DNA from: Bigelowiella natans CCMP2755
Lineage: Eukaryota > Protista > Cercozoa
Direction: 5' to 3'
Length of the DNA stretch: 64,000 nt
Assembly: GCA_000320545.1 (NCBI GenBank)
Contig: ADNK01000414.1
Span: 12,052 to 76,051 of the forward strand
The notes under the pieces were generated by a model. The model was not told the origin of the DNA. It saw only the letters and a list, made by a program, of their open reading frames with translations, and ran no database searches. Both the position numbers and the translations under genes were made by a program. Shown here one piece after another: positions 1-13,353 of this stretch (positions within the stretch are counted from its first letter, which is position 1; every line of letters starts with the position of its first letter).

Positions 1-99
1 TTCCTGCTGCTGTTGCTGCTGCTGTTACTTCTGCTTCATGGAAATAGTAATGATAACCATCGCAATCTACTGTCGTCGTCTATGTCTATATCTATGCAG

Positions 100-2526
100 G
101 TGATTGTCAGCCACGACCGTGAGTTTTTGGACAAAGTCTGCACCTCAATCGTGGATGTGGAACCCCTAGCACCCGGAGAACCCTCGACAGCAGCCAAGTA
201 TGAGGGAAATTACTCCAAATTCCTTAGGCAAAAGAGTCAACGAATTGACGAGATGCAGAAAAAATGGGACTTGCAGGTAAACCTATTGCGGACGATGTTC
301 GCAACTTCACAGATCCACCTTGTCCTCTCTCACTCAAACCCTCCAATATCATTGCAGCAAAAGAAGGTGAAGGAAATCAAGCAATGGATGCAGAAGTTCC
401 GTAACAATGAGGCGATGTCCACACAGTCAGTAACTACTACAATTCTATAGATGCTAATGCTGTGCTGCTTTGCTCTCTGAGTGTAATTTCAACACAAAGA
501 CGCCTCCCAGAATGAATACATTTTATTTGTATGTATAGAGCTGTGATAGTTATGTTGATATGATGTTTAACCTTGAACAAACCTATGTTCATCATCATCA
601 TCATCATCATAGGTACCAGCAAAGAGAGAGAAAGCTGCGGGACATGCAAGACCCAAACTCCAAAGAGTAACTAAATAACCTACTACCAGAGTGCAATTGG
701 AGACTACTTTTCGTGTATCATCAACATCATTATGATCATGATCGATCATCATCATCGTCATCATCTTTCGTGGTTTGTCCATCCGTTACTCAGATGATGG
801 TGATGATGATAATGATGATAATGATGATAATGGTGCACCAGTAGCTAGCCTCTCATCGCATAGTCGTTATGGCGAATTGGCCATTGATTGTGTCACTTAT
901 TATTCTTGTTGCTCCTCCTACCCCTCCTCCTCCTACTGCTTGCTGCTACTGTTACTATTAGCTACGTGCAACGACCGATGAGGATGCAGAAGTTTTTCTT
1001 CCGATTCCCTGAACCTCCACGATGCCCTCCAGGACAGATCTTAGGAGTCTCCAAGATGTCTCATGGATACGGAGAATCACAGCTCTTCGATGAAGCCGAG
1101 TTTTCTGCCAGTACGGGCAATAAAATCGCCCTCATTGGGCCAAACGGTCAGCCCCCTCTCAGCTCCATTCTCTCTCCATGACAACTCCGTTGTCGTCGTC
1201 GTTTCTGTGATGATATCACTGCTTATAGACTGCTGCTGAGAAGCATTCGTTTGATTGTTAATCCCTTTCGCCATTTTTTGCCACTCACTCACACGGCTAT
1301 AGGCATGGGCAAGTCTACATTATTTCGATTGATGCAAGGAAAGGAAGAAGCCAATGACGGTTGTTGGATATGTCGTTCGTTTAGTGAAAAAAGGAACCCA
1401 TCCACACTGTTCTTGTTACCATTTCCTTTGTCCTTCTCGCCTTGATGATGATACCGCTATCCTAATAAAGTGCACATGACGATCAATCGTCGTCAGTCGT
1501 CATCGCCATTGTCTCTAAGATGTAAATTGAAGTCATGAACACACCGTGATGACTGATTAATAGGTACGGTTGAATGGTATGGCCCTTCCGTGAAAGTCGC
1601 CTACTACGACCAAAACCAAGCTGATGCCCTTGAGCTCGACAGAACAGTGCTGCAAACGGTGAGTGAGTACTACTACAAATATGACGAGAAACAACCGTAT
1701 CGACGTTATCGACTTCTCCTGATACAGCAGCCCCTCCACATTTGAATCAAGCACATATCAAAATTTCTATTCCTGATTTGCTAAAAAAGGTTGGAGACGC
1801 CGCTCCTTTTGACACGACGACAGAGGAACTCCGCGGCCTTCTCGGTAACTATTCCAGTAGAACCAAAATCAGCATCGTTATCTTCATCCTCCTCCTCTCT
1901 CCTTCTCCTCCTCCTCCTCCGCATTGCCTGGATCCTTCTAAAGTCAACGAATATATTGTCTATTCCAGGCCAATTTAAATTCACCGGCGACACAGTATTT
2001 AAGAAGATCAAGGTTCTTTCTGGGGGGGAGAAGGCCAGGGTCGCTCTCGCACAGATGATGCTTACTCCAGCCAACGTAAAACACACATAGGAAATTGAAC
2101 AATCGATACGGCATATGCAGAGTAATGATGACGATGATGATGATGATAATAGAAGCCCAATCGTTCAATCGTCACCACCCACCTCCCCCCATAATACAGG
2201 TATTAGTTCTTGATGAGCCCACCAACCATCTCGACATCCCTGCCAAGGAAATCTTGGAAGAAGCTCTGCAGAAGTAAGGAGCGACAATGCCCCTCTCAAA
2301 TCGTCCTTTCTTTTTTTGGCTGTGCTACGCTAGATAGAAACTGTTCATCGGCTTGACGCTGTCATTATTGAACATATATGCATATATATGCATATATAAT
2401 ATACCCAATCGCAGCAGCCAACTAACTAAACCATATCATTAACAACTGTTTCGTTTGTTTGTTTGTTTCAGCTACCCTGGAACGATAATTTTGAGCTCCC
2501 ACGATCGATTCTTCATCTCGCAGGTA

Positions 2527-2575
<49 letters not shown>

Positions 2576-3295
2576 GTGTGCGTGCGTGTGTGTGTGCGCG
2601 CGCGCGCGCGATGATGCCGGATATCGTGACATCGATGCCAAGACTTTCATTAGACGAACAACAGACGAAGGAAGACTGTTGTGATATATTTGGGTTTTTT
2701 GGAAACAACAGGTGGCGAATACGATAGTAAATCTTAAGGACAAGAAGCTATTCCGATACGACGTGGACTACAAAACCTTTTTAGAAGAGCACCCTGAGCT
2801 GAGAGAACAGGTGGGGAGTGCAGTAATAGTAGTAGTAGCAGTAGAGGTCCTGGGTGAGGTACAAAGAACCCTCGTCTTCTTTATTTCTCAAGATAAAACC
2901 CGCATCATCTATGTTGCTTGTTGCTGCTGTGTATCAGGTGGAAGCTCGCTACGTTGCTGGAGTTGGGCCGATCAAAGGTGGTGATGAGCGTCCGAGATGG
3001 CATGAGATATACATTACATGCAATGTTGCGTTTAAACTGAGGGGGGTTGCACGTACTGAAATCCGAAGAGGAAGCCGAGTCAACGAAATCAAACAAATTT
3101 ATAGAGGAAGAAACCACCATTCATTTTTCTATTTTGTCCGTGACGAGTTGTTAATTGTCTGATCACATTTCAGGTGTTGCAGACAAACTAGCTCAAATAA
3201 AGGAAAAACAAGGCAAGAAGAAATTTGTTTCAAAAGGCCCAAGCGGCAAGAAATCGAAGGGAATAAAGAATGCGAAACGCTATGGAGAATTATAG
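100..3295 (+). CDS. ABC-F family ATPase, plastid/cyanobacterial type (ABCF5-like); multi-exon, 5' part lies before the window
   Basis: Spliced GT-AG exons give [11 protein letters not shown] (H-loop of NBD1), a linker, Walker A GPNG^[40 protein letters not shown] and SSHDRFF. No TM segments. C-terminus ...[12 protein letters not shown] (TAG 3293-3295) resembles the KNAKRW end of plant chloroplast ABCF5. Confidence 0.9.
2530..2571. repeat. (GA)n microsatellite, followed by (GT)/(GC) units, directly behind an intron donor
   Basis: cag|gtatgtgagagag... in the ABC-F intron; representative of many intronic dinucleotide repeats in the window. Confidence 0.95.
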
Positions 3296-3449
3296 AACTA
3301 TACTAGTCCGTTTACTCGTTGAACAGTTGTCTAATTGTAGTAAGAAAAGAAACTCAAATTGTATATTGTATTGTGGTAGAAATGTGTTGCATGCACGTGT
3401 ATCATTTATGGGCCTAACAGAATCAATTTACTCGTAATCAAAATGTCAT

Positions 3450-4300
3450 ACATAATTAAATGTTAATGCAATCCAATGAGTAATACACGCGACACAGCAT
3501 ATATGTTAAAATAGATAAAAGCATAGTAAACCTCCACACACATATATACACGCTAGCACGCGGGTTAACTAGCCAAGGTACACGACGCTCTGCGCTGTTA
3601 TATGGCGCATACATCTTAGCTTATAAGCTAGCTAGACATGAAAGCTGCACAAAAAGAAAAGGTACGCTGTCAGTGGGGTATCAGTTGAATTTGGTGATGA
3701 CTTTGATATAGAATCAAATGCCTGGCAAACCTAAATGTGTGCAAAGACAATGTGATATGCAAGTAGGCCTACAATCACGCCATTGTTAGTGCTAGCGTTG
3801 CGACATTAGATGTACTAGTGTTGTAGTCTGCATGCTAGCATGGCACATGATGTAGCGCACATATATATGTCTACATCTAGGTGTGTACATCATGTGCACA
3901 CCTAGTTCACATCGATGTCTAGACGACATCTGGTAGCATCCACAGACACAGGAGGCTTAAAGTAAGACTAAAGCGTGTGATGAATATAACTGTTTATCTT
4001 TTAACGCCTTTGCTATCACTAGAATACGCCAACTAAGCTGATCAATGAGTAGATCGCCACCAATGTGTGCTTTGTACACAATAGCAGCCATGTGTACGCT
4101 GCATGCGCACATGTATGCGACACATAAGAACAAATGAGCAAAGAGTTAGCTCGGACGCAGCATCGTGCTCATCGAGCTAGTGTAGTCGAGCATTGTCAAA
4201 CAATGAAATAATAAGCATGAGAACTGAATGGGGTAAAATAAAATAATTAACGAGGCTAGAAGTCTTTATAATGTCTAGACGAATGACGATGTTGCACTTA
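3450..4300. other. Palindrome-rich (CTAG/CATG/TGCA/AGCT) tract 1 in the convergent gap ABC-F / gene 2
   Basis: Dense short palindromes; CATGCTAGCATG at 3831-3842; 14-bp-arm inverted repeat at 3877-3905; no ORF of 60 aa or more in the track between 3162 and 4426. Edges approximate. Confidence 0.8.
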
Positions 4301-4547
4301 TGAGGTACCCTCAGGGTCCATCAAGCAACCGAGTGACTTTTGAAGCCTGATAATAGAACCAACTTAATGAAGGCAGCAGAAACTGCTCTGCAATATAAAC
4401 ACTGTCCGTCTTGTGACTTTGCTGCTTGACAGGGCTATTTAAGCTGAACGTTGAGTGTGTTTTTAATTTTTCATTGTGGAGGCACACATACTGTTGTTGG
4501 TTTGCGGCTACGACTCGAAAAGCCGCAATTAAAGTTTCATGGAACCG

Positions 4548-5870
4548 CTACTTACTATTATGGCCGCCAGTGATCGTTTGCCACGGATCAAATGAGTCGT
4601 CATCCCTTTCTTGTTGCTGCTTGTGACTTTTTTTTTCTAACTGCTTGATGTCCTTATCGGACTCTCTCTTCGTTTTCTCAGAAGCTCTCTCTATTTGATC
4701 GGTCTCAGCATCTTTCTCGTTTTGGAATCTTTCTCGTTTCTTCTCCTTCTTATGATCTATTTCTTTCTGGACCTTTTTAGCTTCGCGTGCAGCAGCAGCT
4801 TCAGCCTCCTTTATGACCTTTTGGCGCTCAGCCTTTGCGGCGATGCGCCTCTGTGTTTCTTCTGCCTGTTTCCTTGCTTGGTCTGCAACTCTATCCGCAA
4901 ATTCACGCAGTCTTTCAGCCACCTTAGTCTCCCGCACGGCTTTCTTTGTAGCCTCGTCAGCAACAGCGTCCGCTGCATTCTTTGCAATCTGTGCGGCTTC
5001 GTCTGGGGTTAACTTTGCATTAGGTTGCTTGGAAGCGTCGCCGGTGATAGGGGGGGGGATTTCGTCATCCAGTGGTACTGGCGCTACAGCTGGGGCAGGT
5101 GGAGGAGGAGCAGGATCCTACAACAACAAAACCAATAATCAACATAATTCAAAAATTTCGAACACACACATTATCCACATTCAACACATCCAGATATACA
5201 ACAAGAAACACAAAGAACTTCGCTCCGCCCGCATTATTCGCAAGAATATAATTCACCGATGGTGGAGGTGGAGGTGGAGGGGGGGGAAGAGGTGCAGGAT
5301 CGCTTGTGGGGGCAGGAGGCAATGGCTGTGTGAGGCAAACAAGAAAAGATATCCATCAGTATCCGAAAAGTAGGAAAAACAAACAAGACTGATTTGACCG
5401 GAAGTGGATCATCGTCTTCAGAGTCTTCGACATCAAAGTTCGGATGAAAGTGGGGGATGCCATTCATCGTTGTTTTTTGTAGTATAGGACTGTTATAGGT
5501 GTCATTTGAATTTCCAAAGCAGCTCAGATAGAGGACGCACGATACAGCTATTGCTACGAATAATCCTAGCTGCAGGAAACTGCTCTGCGACCGGGTCATA
5601 AAACTGCATTGATTTTTCCTAAACCTTTACAAGAAAGCAATATTAGCTACTTGATTGCAGATATAAAAAAAAATGCAGTACGAAGCTTCTGAGGCTTTGC
5701 AGTTGTGTGGGTCGATAGAACCATATGCAGTTCCGACCACATCAATCCTTGCTCCTGTTGCCTACATAAAGCCATATGAAGAAGACGAACACGTAGCGAA
5801 ACTGCAACATTACTTCTACCTTAGTGTCGATGGTCTTTTTCAACTTCCGCTTTTCGTCGACCCAGACCAT
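4548..5870 (-). CDS. Hypothetical type II membrane protein: short cytosolic N-terminus with YGSI motif, signal anchor, Pro-rich linker, Ala/Glu/Lys coiled coil
   Basis: In-phase exons MVWVDEKRKLKKTIDTK^ATGARIDVVGTAYGSIDPHNCKASEAS^FMTRSQSSFLQLGLFVAIAVSCVLYLSCF..., then DPAPPPPAPAVAPVP and the coiled-coil ORF ending GGHNSK* at 4548. Confidence 0.7.
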
Positions 5871-6743
5871 CGTCTCCGGTCGGGGTTCGTGCTAGGGGGG
5901 TGTCCGATGGGTAGGCACTCCACGTCAATTTTTTTCTCTCTTGATTTCCTCTGTGCGACAATATGGAAAGCAGTTTTCTACGATAAAAGCGATACGTTTT
6001 CTCCAAAACGAGAAAGGCTGTACCAGTACGATTTCTCATGGAATCGGGGGAGCATTTTTAAGCGAGAAGCGGATCGGAACACCCAAAAGGGCCCTTTTTT
6101 TTGTTGGAGATTTGAGGCACGGATATCCCCGGGGACCTACAGCTAGTCAATCCTGTCAAATCTGTAGAGCTTTCTGGTTAAAGTGCCAGCGAACAAGCTT
6201 TTGTCCGATGTTTTCGGTCGAAAAATGCAATAGAAACTTCATGAGTTCGCATGATTGGTCCAAAAGACACACGAATCAGGATTTATTAAGAAATTCTTCT
6301 CTTCTCGTTGTTGAAATGAAATCCATCCATCTGGGATGTTCTCATGCTTTTTTATTAGTTCCAGCTCCTCCTCGCCAGAAAAACACATCGAGATCGATTT
6401 TTACACAATAAATTGTCGGTTAAGAAAAAAAAGACCCGTTTCAATCCCAAACTGTTATTTTTTTTCTGAGATCCGATGACGCAATACATAAATTGTTGGC
6501 ATTTTAATTTTTATGAGTCCGCAACCCGTAGACGTCGACGTTTGGGCCGCGTTACGCCAAAAACCCGCTCGTCTCCTTCATTTCCATTGTCGTACCCATT
6601 GATCACGTATACTTGCGTTCTTGTCCACCCGGTCCGTAACCCCCCCCCATTTAGTCCATTTGGTTTCTGGGCAATTGTGAGATTTTAATGCGGTGGGAGG
6701 GGTAAAAATAGGACTCAATTCGCTTACTACATTTCCTCTACAG

Positions 6744-9015
6744 ATGAATCGTTCCCGTGTTCAAGGAAGGGCCCTGATGGGTATCTTCGCTGCGTGTGCA
6801 TGCGCAATCGCGTTTGTGATGGTAGGTGCCTTTGTTTTATATTCAAACCTGCTGGAAATAAATTCATCCCATCCATAGTGTATAAGCTCAATGCGCCAGC
6901 CACATCTTCAGTCGGGTTTCCCAGGTAGCGCCTCCTATTTTCCATTTATTCAAACAGTTGGGTAAAAACATTCTCACCAGGCACGAAGTCTTTCTCAATG
7001 GCTGGGACTCGCCCGGCAGCGCTCAGGTAATTTTGCCTCGTGATTTGGAAAATTACTGCAAAATGGTAACAATAAGTATGTGTTACCCTTAGGATGAATT
7101 CGATCTCGAAGCCACTGCTTTCACGTGCTGGGTTGAACATAACATTACCACACGTCATCGCAATCGGACAGCGAATTCACTATTTTTTCCTCATGTGTAT
7201 GATTTAGACACATGTCCTTCCTCAAAGAGAAAAGTGGAACGTGCCCCGAACAAGCTCAGAAGAGGCGAAGTCTCTTCGTAAACGCGGCAACTGCAGCTGC
7301 AAGTGCGAACCTATATATTCCATCACATACTGCTGTAATATCCTAACATGGTGCAAATACTCTCTCGTTTAGGTGGTGATTATGACTACGACGTTCTCAT
7401 TATTGGGTAGTCTCACTTTTTTGTTTCTATTAGATGGATGTGTCCCATGTCAAAACCCGAGATTTGTCGATGTGTTGTATGAAATGTCTGAACGCGACCC
7501 GTCTCGATGATAATTCATGTGTAGTTAAATTCAATCACTTTTGTTCGGTAATTGCTAAGATGTGGAGTCGGTGGCCATGGAGCAGCTCTGCATGCTGTCC
7601 AACAGGGTCTCAAAGTAGGTGTGGTTGGGGGCCATGACGTCGGCGGAACGTGCGTCAACCGTGGTTGCGTTCCATCGAAAGCTTTACTTGCAGCAGCTGG
7701 AGAGCTCCATAAATTGAAGTCTCAAGACCACATGAGCGCTCTCGGCATCCAAACAGGCGAGCTGTCATTTGACCGTCAGAAAATAGCCGACCATGCCAAC
7801 AACCTAGCTTCCGCGATTAAAGCAAACCTTCGGAGATCTCTCGAAGCAATCGGTGTTGACATCATCCACGGCAAGGGAACCCTTAAGGATGAGCATACTG
7901 TGGAAGTTGGTCTTCCTGGGCGTGTAGACATCGAAGGTACCGTCACGGCTAAGGATATCATCATCGCAACTGGTTCGGTTCCCGCAGTCCCACCTGGCAT
8001 CAACATCGACGAAGACCGTGTGTTCACCTCTGATAAAGCGCTGAAGCTGGAGTCACTCCCTGAGTGGATTGCTATCATTGGCTCGGGATACATCGGACTG
8101 GAATTTGCAGATGTTTACACCGCATTGGGTGTGCAGGTGACCCTGATTGAGGCAATGCCGACGCTTATGCCAGGCTTTGACTCTGAGATCCGCCGTCTAG
8201 CCCAGCGCGTGCTTGTTGATGGCCGCAAGAGTGTAGACTATCACACAAATGTATTCGCTACCAGAGTAACTCCTACCACCTTTGGTGGCGTGGAGATCGA
8301 GTTGACAGATGCCAGTACAAGGGAGGTGAAGGACGTGATTGAGGTGGATGCTGTTATGGTCGCTACAGGCCGTCGGCCATACACGGAAGGCCTTGGGCTC
8401 GAGGACATGGGTGTTGAAAAGCTCAGGGGCGGTTTTATCCCTGTGAACGACAAGATGCAGGTCCTCGATTCGAATGGAGAGGCTTTCGAAAATATCTATG
8501 CTATTGGTGACGCAAACGGAAAGTACATGCTCGCGCATGCCGCCTCGGCTCAGGGTATCAGCGCTATCGAGAACATCGTCGGGAGGGAAAACACAGTGAA
8601 CCACAGGCACGTACCTGCCGCGTGCTTCACGCACCCAGAGATAAGTTTTGTTGGAGTTGATGAGGATACAGCGCGTAAGGAAGCAGAAGAGGGAGGATAT
8701 GCCGATAAGATTGGTGTCGCGAAGGTCTCCTTTAAGGGCAACTCCAAGGCCCTCGCCATGAAGGAACCCGATGGAATGGCTAAGATGATATACAGGAAGG
8801 ACAGTGGTGAGATCCTCGGCGTCCACATCATGGGTCTTCACTCCGCCGATCTTATCCACGAGGCATCAAACGCTATGGCGGCTGGGCAAACTCTCTACGA
8901 GCTGCGAATGATGGTGCACGCGCATCCAACGGTTGCAGAGGTGCTGGATGAGCTCTTCAAGCATGCACAACTGGAGCATGCAGTGAACCCAGAACCGGCC
9001 TTAGCCATGGCTTGA
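6744..9015 (+). CDS. LPD: Dihydrolipoamide dehydrogenase (E3 of plastid pyruvate dehydrogenase) with bipartite targeting leader
   Basis: [10 protein letters not shown]^[12 protein letters not shown], redox disulfide [53 protein letters not shown]; plastid/cyanobacterial-type sequence. About 90-aa leader [26 protein letters not shown]... spread over five small exons; last exon ~7560-9015. Confidence 0.95.
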
Positions 9016-9649
9016 CTGCCTGGAATAGCAGATATTAGTAGTGACGACCCTAAAACAACATCATCATCGCAGCAACCAACGAAGAAAATAATACAGGAAG
9101 CAGCCGGTCGGAGCGAAGTGAACGAATTTGTACAAAGTAGTAGTAATAGTAGTAGCAGTAGTAGCACTAGCGGAGGTAGTGATTCCTCGCCCAGCAGCCT
9201 AGAAGTAGGCCTGGCAAACGGGAGGGGGAGGACAAAGGGAAAGGATGATCAGCCGACTCCATGGCTTCTTCAAACTCTTAAAAAAATACTGAATAAACTA
9301 CGACAAAATGTCAGATAAAAGCTTCCTCATCAAATCTACCATCATCGTCATCATCACCACCATCGACTCCTAATATCTCTATGCCAATTATTTTCTCTGG
9401 ACTCCAGATCTCAACAACCACAGTTCATCACCATTCATTCGATCGAATCCCCCTTGTTAACTCATCCCCCCCTTTCATCTTTTTCATCATCACAACCACG
9501 GCCATCTCAGTAGATTGTCGTTATCTTCCTGAAGTGGATGTGTCTGTGAAACGAATGAGTGGGCCTATCATCATCCCTGCTGCAGCCTCCTGGGTTATTC
9601 TATAACTTGGTCTTGCATGGAGTTTTCGGATCAATCATTGCAACCGTGA

Positions 9650-9756
9650 CGCTACATGCAAAATAATTTGAAAATGCTGCATACATAACGTGCGTAAATA
9701 GAAAGGTGGTTGTTTACTTGATATTTACGTATATATTGCATAGCTACGTAACTGTA

Positions 9757-9793
<37 letters not shown>

Positions 9794-10900
9794 GTTGAAA
9801 TAATATCTCAATTTTACGCGAGGTGACGCTATGCGTTTTCGTTCGAGCTAGGTGTGCACCCCACACACATAGCATTGGACATCTAGAAATGCCAGTCGTA
9901 GCATCCACGCATAGAGGCTACTTGCTGCATGCTAGCATGTTTTGCAAATGAAATTTGGAGGCCTAGCTAGCTAGGCATTTCATGCAAGCATACTCTAGCT
10001 AGCTACATGTCGACTAGTAGACACTACGATGCATGCATCAAATCGATCTAGGCATCGTCTGTCGGCTCTAGCTAGCATCTAGGCTAGCTAGGGCTGCCTT
10101 TGTTATACGATATGCGATGTACGCGCAGGACTCATAGACTGCTACGACTAGCCAGAGGATGCTTATCTATCTCTCTAGCTCTATACACAGAGAGCGCTAG
10201 AGCGCTATATCTAGCTATATAGGCAGATGCACGGACAACCATGCTAGCATGCATGCAACAATTATGTTGCATGCATATGTTGCATGCATAGTTGCAGATG
10301 TACTAGTCTAATAGTGCTGTGTAGCTAAGCTAGCTAAGCTGCATAGTAGTTTAAACTTTCATCACATTCGTCACATCTCATAGTGGTTTAAGGCAGCTAG
10401 CTAGCTAGGCAGCATGCATTCATATGCTAGCATGTCTAGATGTGTGTGTGACATGTAATGTTCTCGTTTTTCATGAAACTTCTTTTTTGTAAAGCACACT
10501 GCCAGGTCACACTGCAAGAGCACACATGCTCTGATGCTGTTGCGACTGCTTCTCGGCATTATGCACACCCATGCTAGCATACAAGACCATTTAAACCATG
10601 ATGCATCGCAAGATTTGATTCGCTTGAATAAAAATAATATGATTTTCCCTCTCAGTCAACACGAACATGCCAAACAACATCTACGTATTGCTGAGCAGAT
10701 CTGGAGATGTGTAGATGTAGCAACATTATGTGCATGTAGCTTACGCATATACCACATTTGGCAACATCTAGAGTCATATAAGGCTTCGGGCACCATGTAA
10801 TATTTACATACCGTACATGTATATACATTGTGTTTGGCGCACGGTTGTAGTGAAGCTAATTTTATTCTATCCAACAGCTATCATTTATTTGGATTGTTGC
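9650..10900. other. Palindrome-rich tract 2 in the convergent gap LPD / CDS
   Basis: CATGCTAGCATG at 9928 and 10240; (CTAG)3 at 9963 and 10397; many GCATGC, TAGCTA and TCTAGA; (GT)n at 9759-9791. Edges approximate. Confidence 0.85.
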
Positions 10901-11023
10901 CTTTTATTTGCTGTAGCAACCCACTTACGCTATTCTCGCCCAAGTCGCCAGTCCAAAAGTCCCTGCACACACACACACACACACACACGCACACACACAT
11001 AGATAAACTTATGCAACCCTTTC

Positions 11024-11248
11024 TCAGTTATGACGTATGCTTTCGTGAACAGATGTCCGAACCTTCTCGATATCTTGCACATCACTGCCACAGATCCAAT
11101 GACGCTTAAAACCCCGGCAGCAGCACTCCCAACCCTGTTTCGTCAACCACGGACAGCATAGAGCAAGCAAAACGACAAATGGAAGAGGCATGCAAATCAA
11201 CACACGGCACTTAAGAGGAATGGGGGAAAAGGAAGGGTGGGAGGGAGG

Positions 11249-11287
<39 letters not shown>

Positions 11288-11969
11288 GGAGATTCGTTGT
11301 GGAATTAGCAAGATTTCAATATTGAAATACAAATATAGGAATCATTACCCTATCTGCTTCACCATTGGTAAGAATAGCGTCACAAATGCGTAAGCAAGAG
11401 GCCCAACAAAGATATAACTATAAGTCAAACATGGGCATTATTAGTCATGGAGCAGTAGCAGTAGGAGGAGGAGGAGGAGGAGGAACGGAGTTCATCATAC
11501 CATGAAAGACACAATGGAAACAACAGAAAACACTGTGAGAAAAGACCTATCGAGACGATCAAGCACGCCTCCATGGCCTGGGAAGCAGTTGCCGAAATCC
11601 TTCACGCCAGCATCTCTATATAGGAGAGAAAGAAGAAGAAGAAGAAGAAGAAGAAGAAGAAGATAGTAACAACAAAATTCGATGGGTGGTGGAGGTGCTA
11701 TATATGTGAATAATCAGAATGCTAGAGCGCATGCTTGACCGTTGTGATGATGGTGATAATGGTGATGATGGTGATGATCGCAGCAAGATTATGCACAACG
11801 AGCTTTTCTTTTGTGCGACAACTGAGACACCTCTTGATCATGGAGGCCATCAAATCGCCCAAAAGGGAGATAACGGAGACCATAAGCCCATACCTGATGA
11901 TGAAGCAAGAATAGCAACAAGAGCAGTGGCTTAGCTTGCAGTTGTTTCCACAATATCACCAATACCAGG

Positions 11970-12007
<38 letters not shown>

Positions 12008-12011
12008 ACAC

Positions 12012-12045
<34 letters not shown>

Positions 12046-13312
12046 AATTCAATTACATTGTCCCTGAAAACCACCAGTGCGGCCAATCCATAACCTATAG
12101 GAGTTGTGGGAGAAAGGGAGAGGATGGAACTTATTGGTGCTTTCTTCTTCCAGATATAGCACCACCTTTCTCGTAAAACATCTCGTTCAAATGAGAAGTA
12201 CCTTGGCACCAACAAGTGCAGTGATCATTGCCATGAGCGCTCCAGAAAGAAACCTGAGTGTTTGGATGGTAGCGATTATTCTATCCTGTTATATTGGTTG
12301 TAGGTATATTTGTCTCATAGGGAGAGCATTGTTATTTACGCCTGCACGCATAGAATAGACATGACGAATGGATCGGAAGAGCAGAGAAACGCTCAGAGGG
12401 GGCAAGGTATGATGGCAAAAGGTAGCAGAAAATATCAGTTCAATTAAATATTATAAATGCAGTCAAATCCAGCTCATCCCCGAAAATCGTTTCTCGTTTC
12501 CATCTTTGCATCTAAGACATCACTATCGTCACCCTTCGACTGTCTTGTTCGGCGAAGCACCACCGGCAGCCGGAATTACTTCGGAGATTTTCCGCCTATT
12601 TTAAACGTTCATTGTTATTTTCCTCTTTCCAATCTTGTATTGTATGTGAACACTACCGTACAAACACAAAACATATGTGTGTGTGTGTGTGTGTGTGTGT
12701 GTTGTTTATATGAAGCTATCCCAGTGACATTGCTAGGTGCATTGTGGTTTACTTTCCAAATTTCTTGCCTCCAAAGTATGCGCCTACGTCAGAGAGAGCA
12801 CATCCCAGTGCAGTGAACCAGTAGCTACGATTGATATATCACACAACACATTTGCGAATATTTACGTGCATATCGGTCCAAAACGGTGATGATGAGGATA
12901 AGGATGAGGATGAGGATGAGGATGATTAGATTAGCACGAAAAATGACAAATTCAAGATGCAACTTATTGCAATTCTCATCATTCTTTTTTTTTATGTGAG
13001 AAGTAGTACGTGATTGCGCCCTGAGTGATAACATCAGCTGCGACAGGGAGAGGGGACAGCCATCGAATGCCTTGGTCAAGATTCATGCCTATTGATGCAT
13101 ACATGCAATAACGACAAAGATGATAATGAAAGAATGAACAAGCACGAGAGCGATGTGATAATGATGATGATGGTGATGATGGTGATGATGATGATAATCA
13201 TGATAATGGCGCAATAATGATAAAATCACGCGTTGTATTTACCTACATAAAAAGCGCTGAATGATCATAAGCAATTGTTTGTTTTTCAAGTTTTTCTTCC
13301 GCCCCCTCCTCT

Positions 13313-13353
<41 letters not shown>

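Noticed and set aside
4813-5373. 186-aa plus-strand ORF
   Set aside because: Antisense to the coiled-coil/Pro-rich exons of the minus-strand gene.
5673-6411. Two overlapping ~157-aa plus-strand ORFs in the divergent region
   Set aside because: The first overlaps in-phase minus-strand exons of gene 2; neither has motifs or splice support.
6735-6746. AG acceptor directly before the LPD ATG as a sign of spliced-leader trans-splicing
   Set aside because: A plausible cis donor (gg|gtaaaa near 6702) lies just upstream, and no SL sequence is visible.
8197-8859. 220-aa minus-strand ORF (also 7776-8093 and 8550-8831)
   Set aside because: Antisense shadows of the codon-biased LPD exon; no recognisable motifs.
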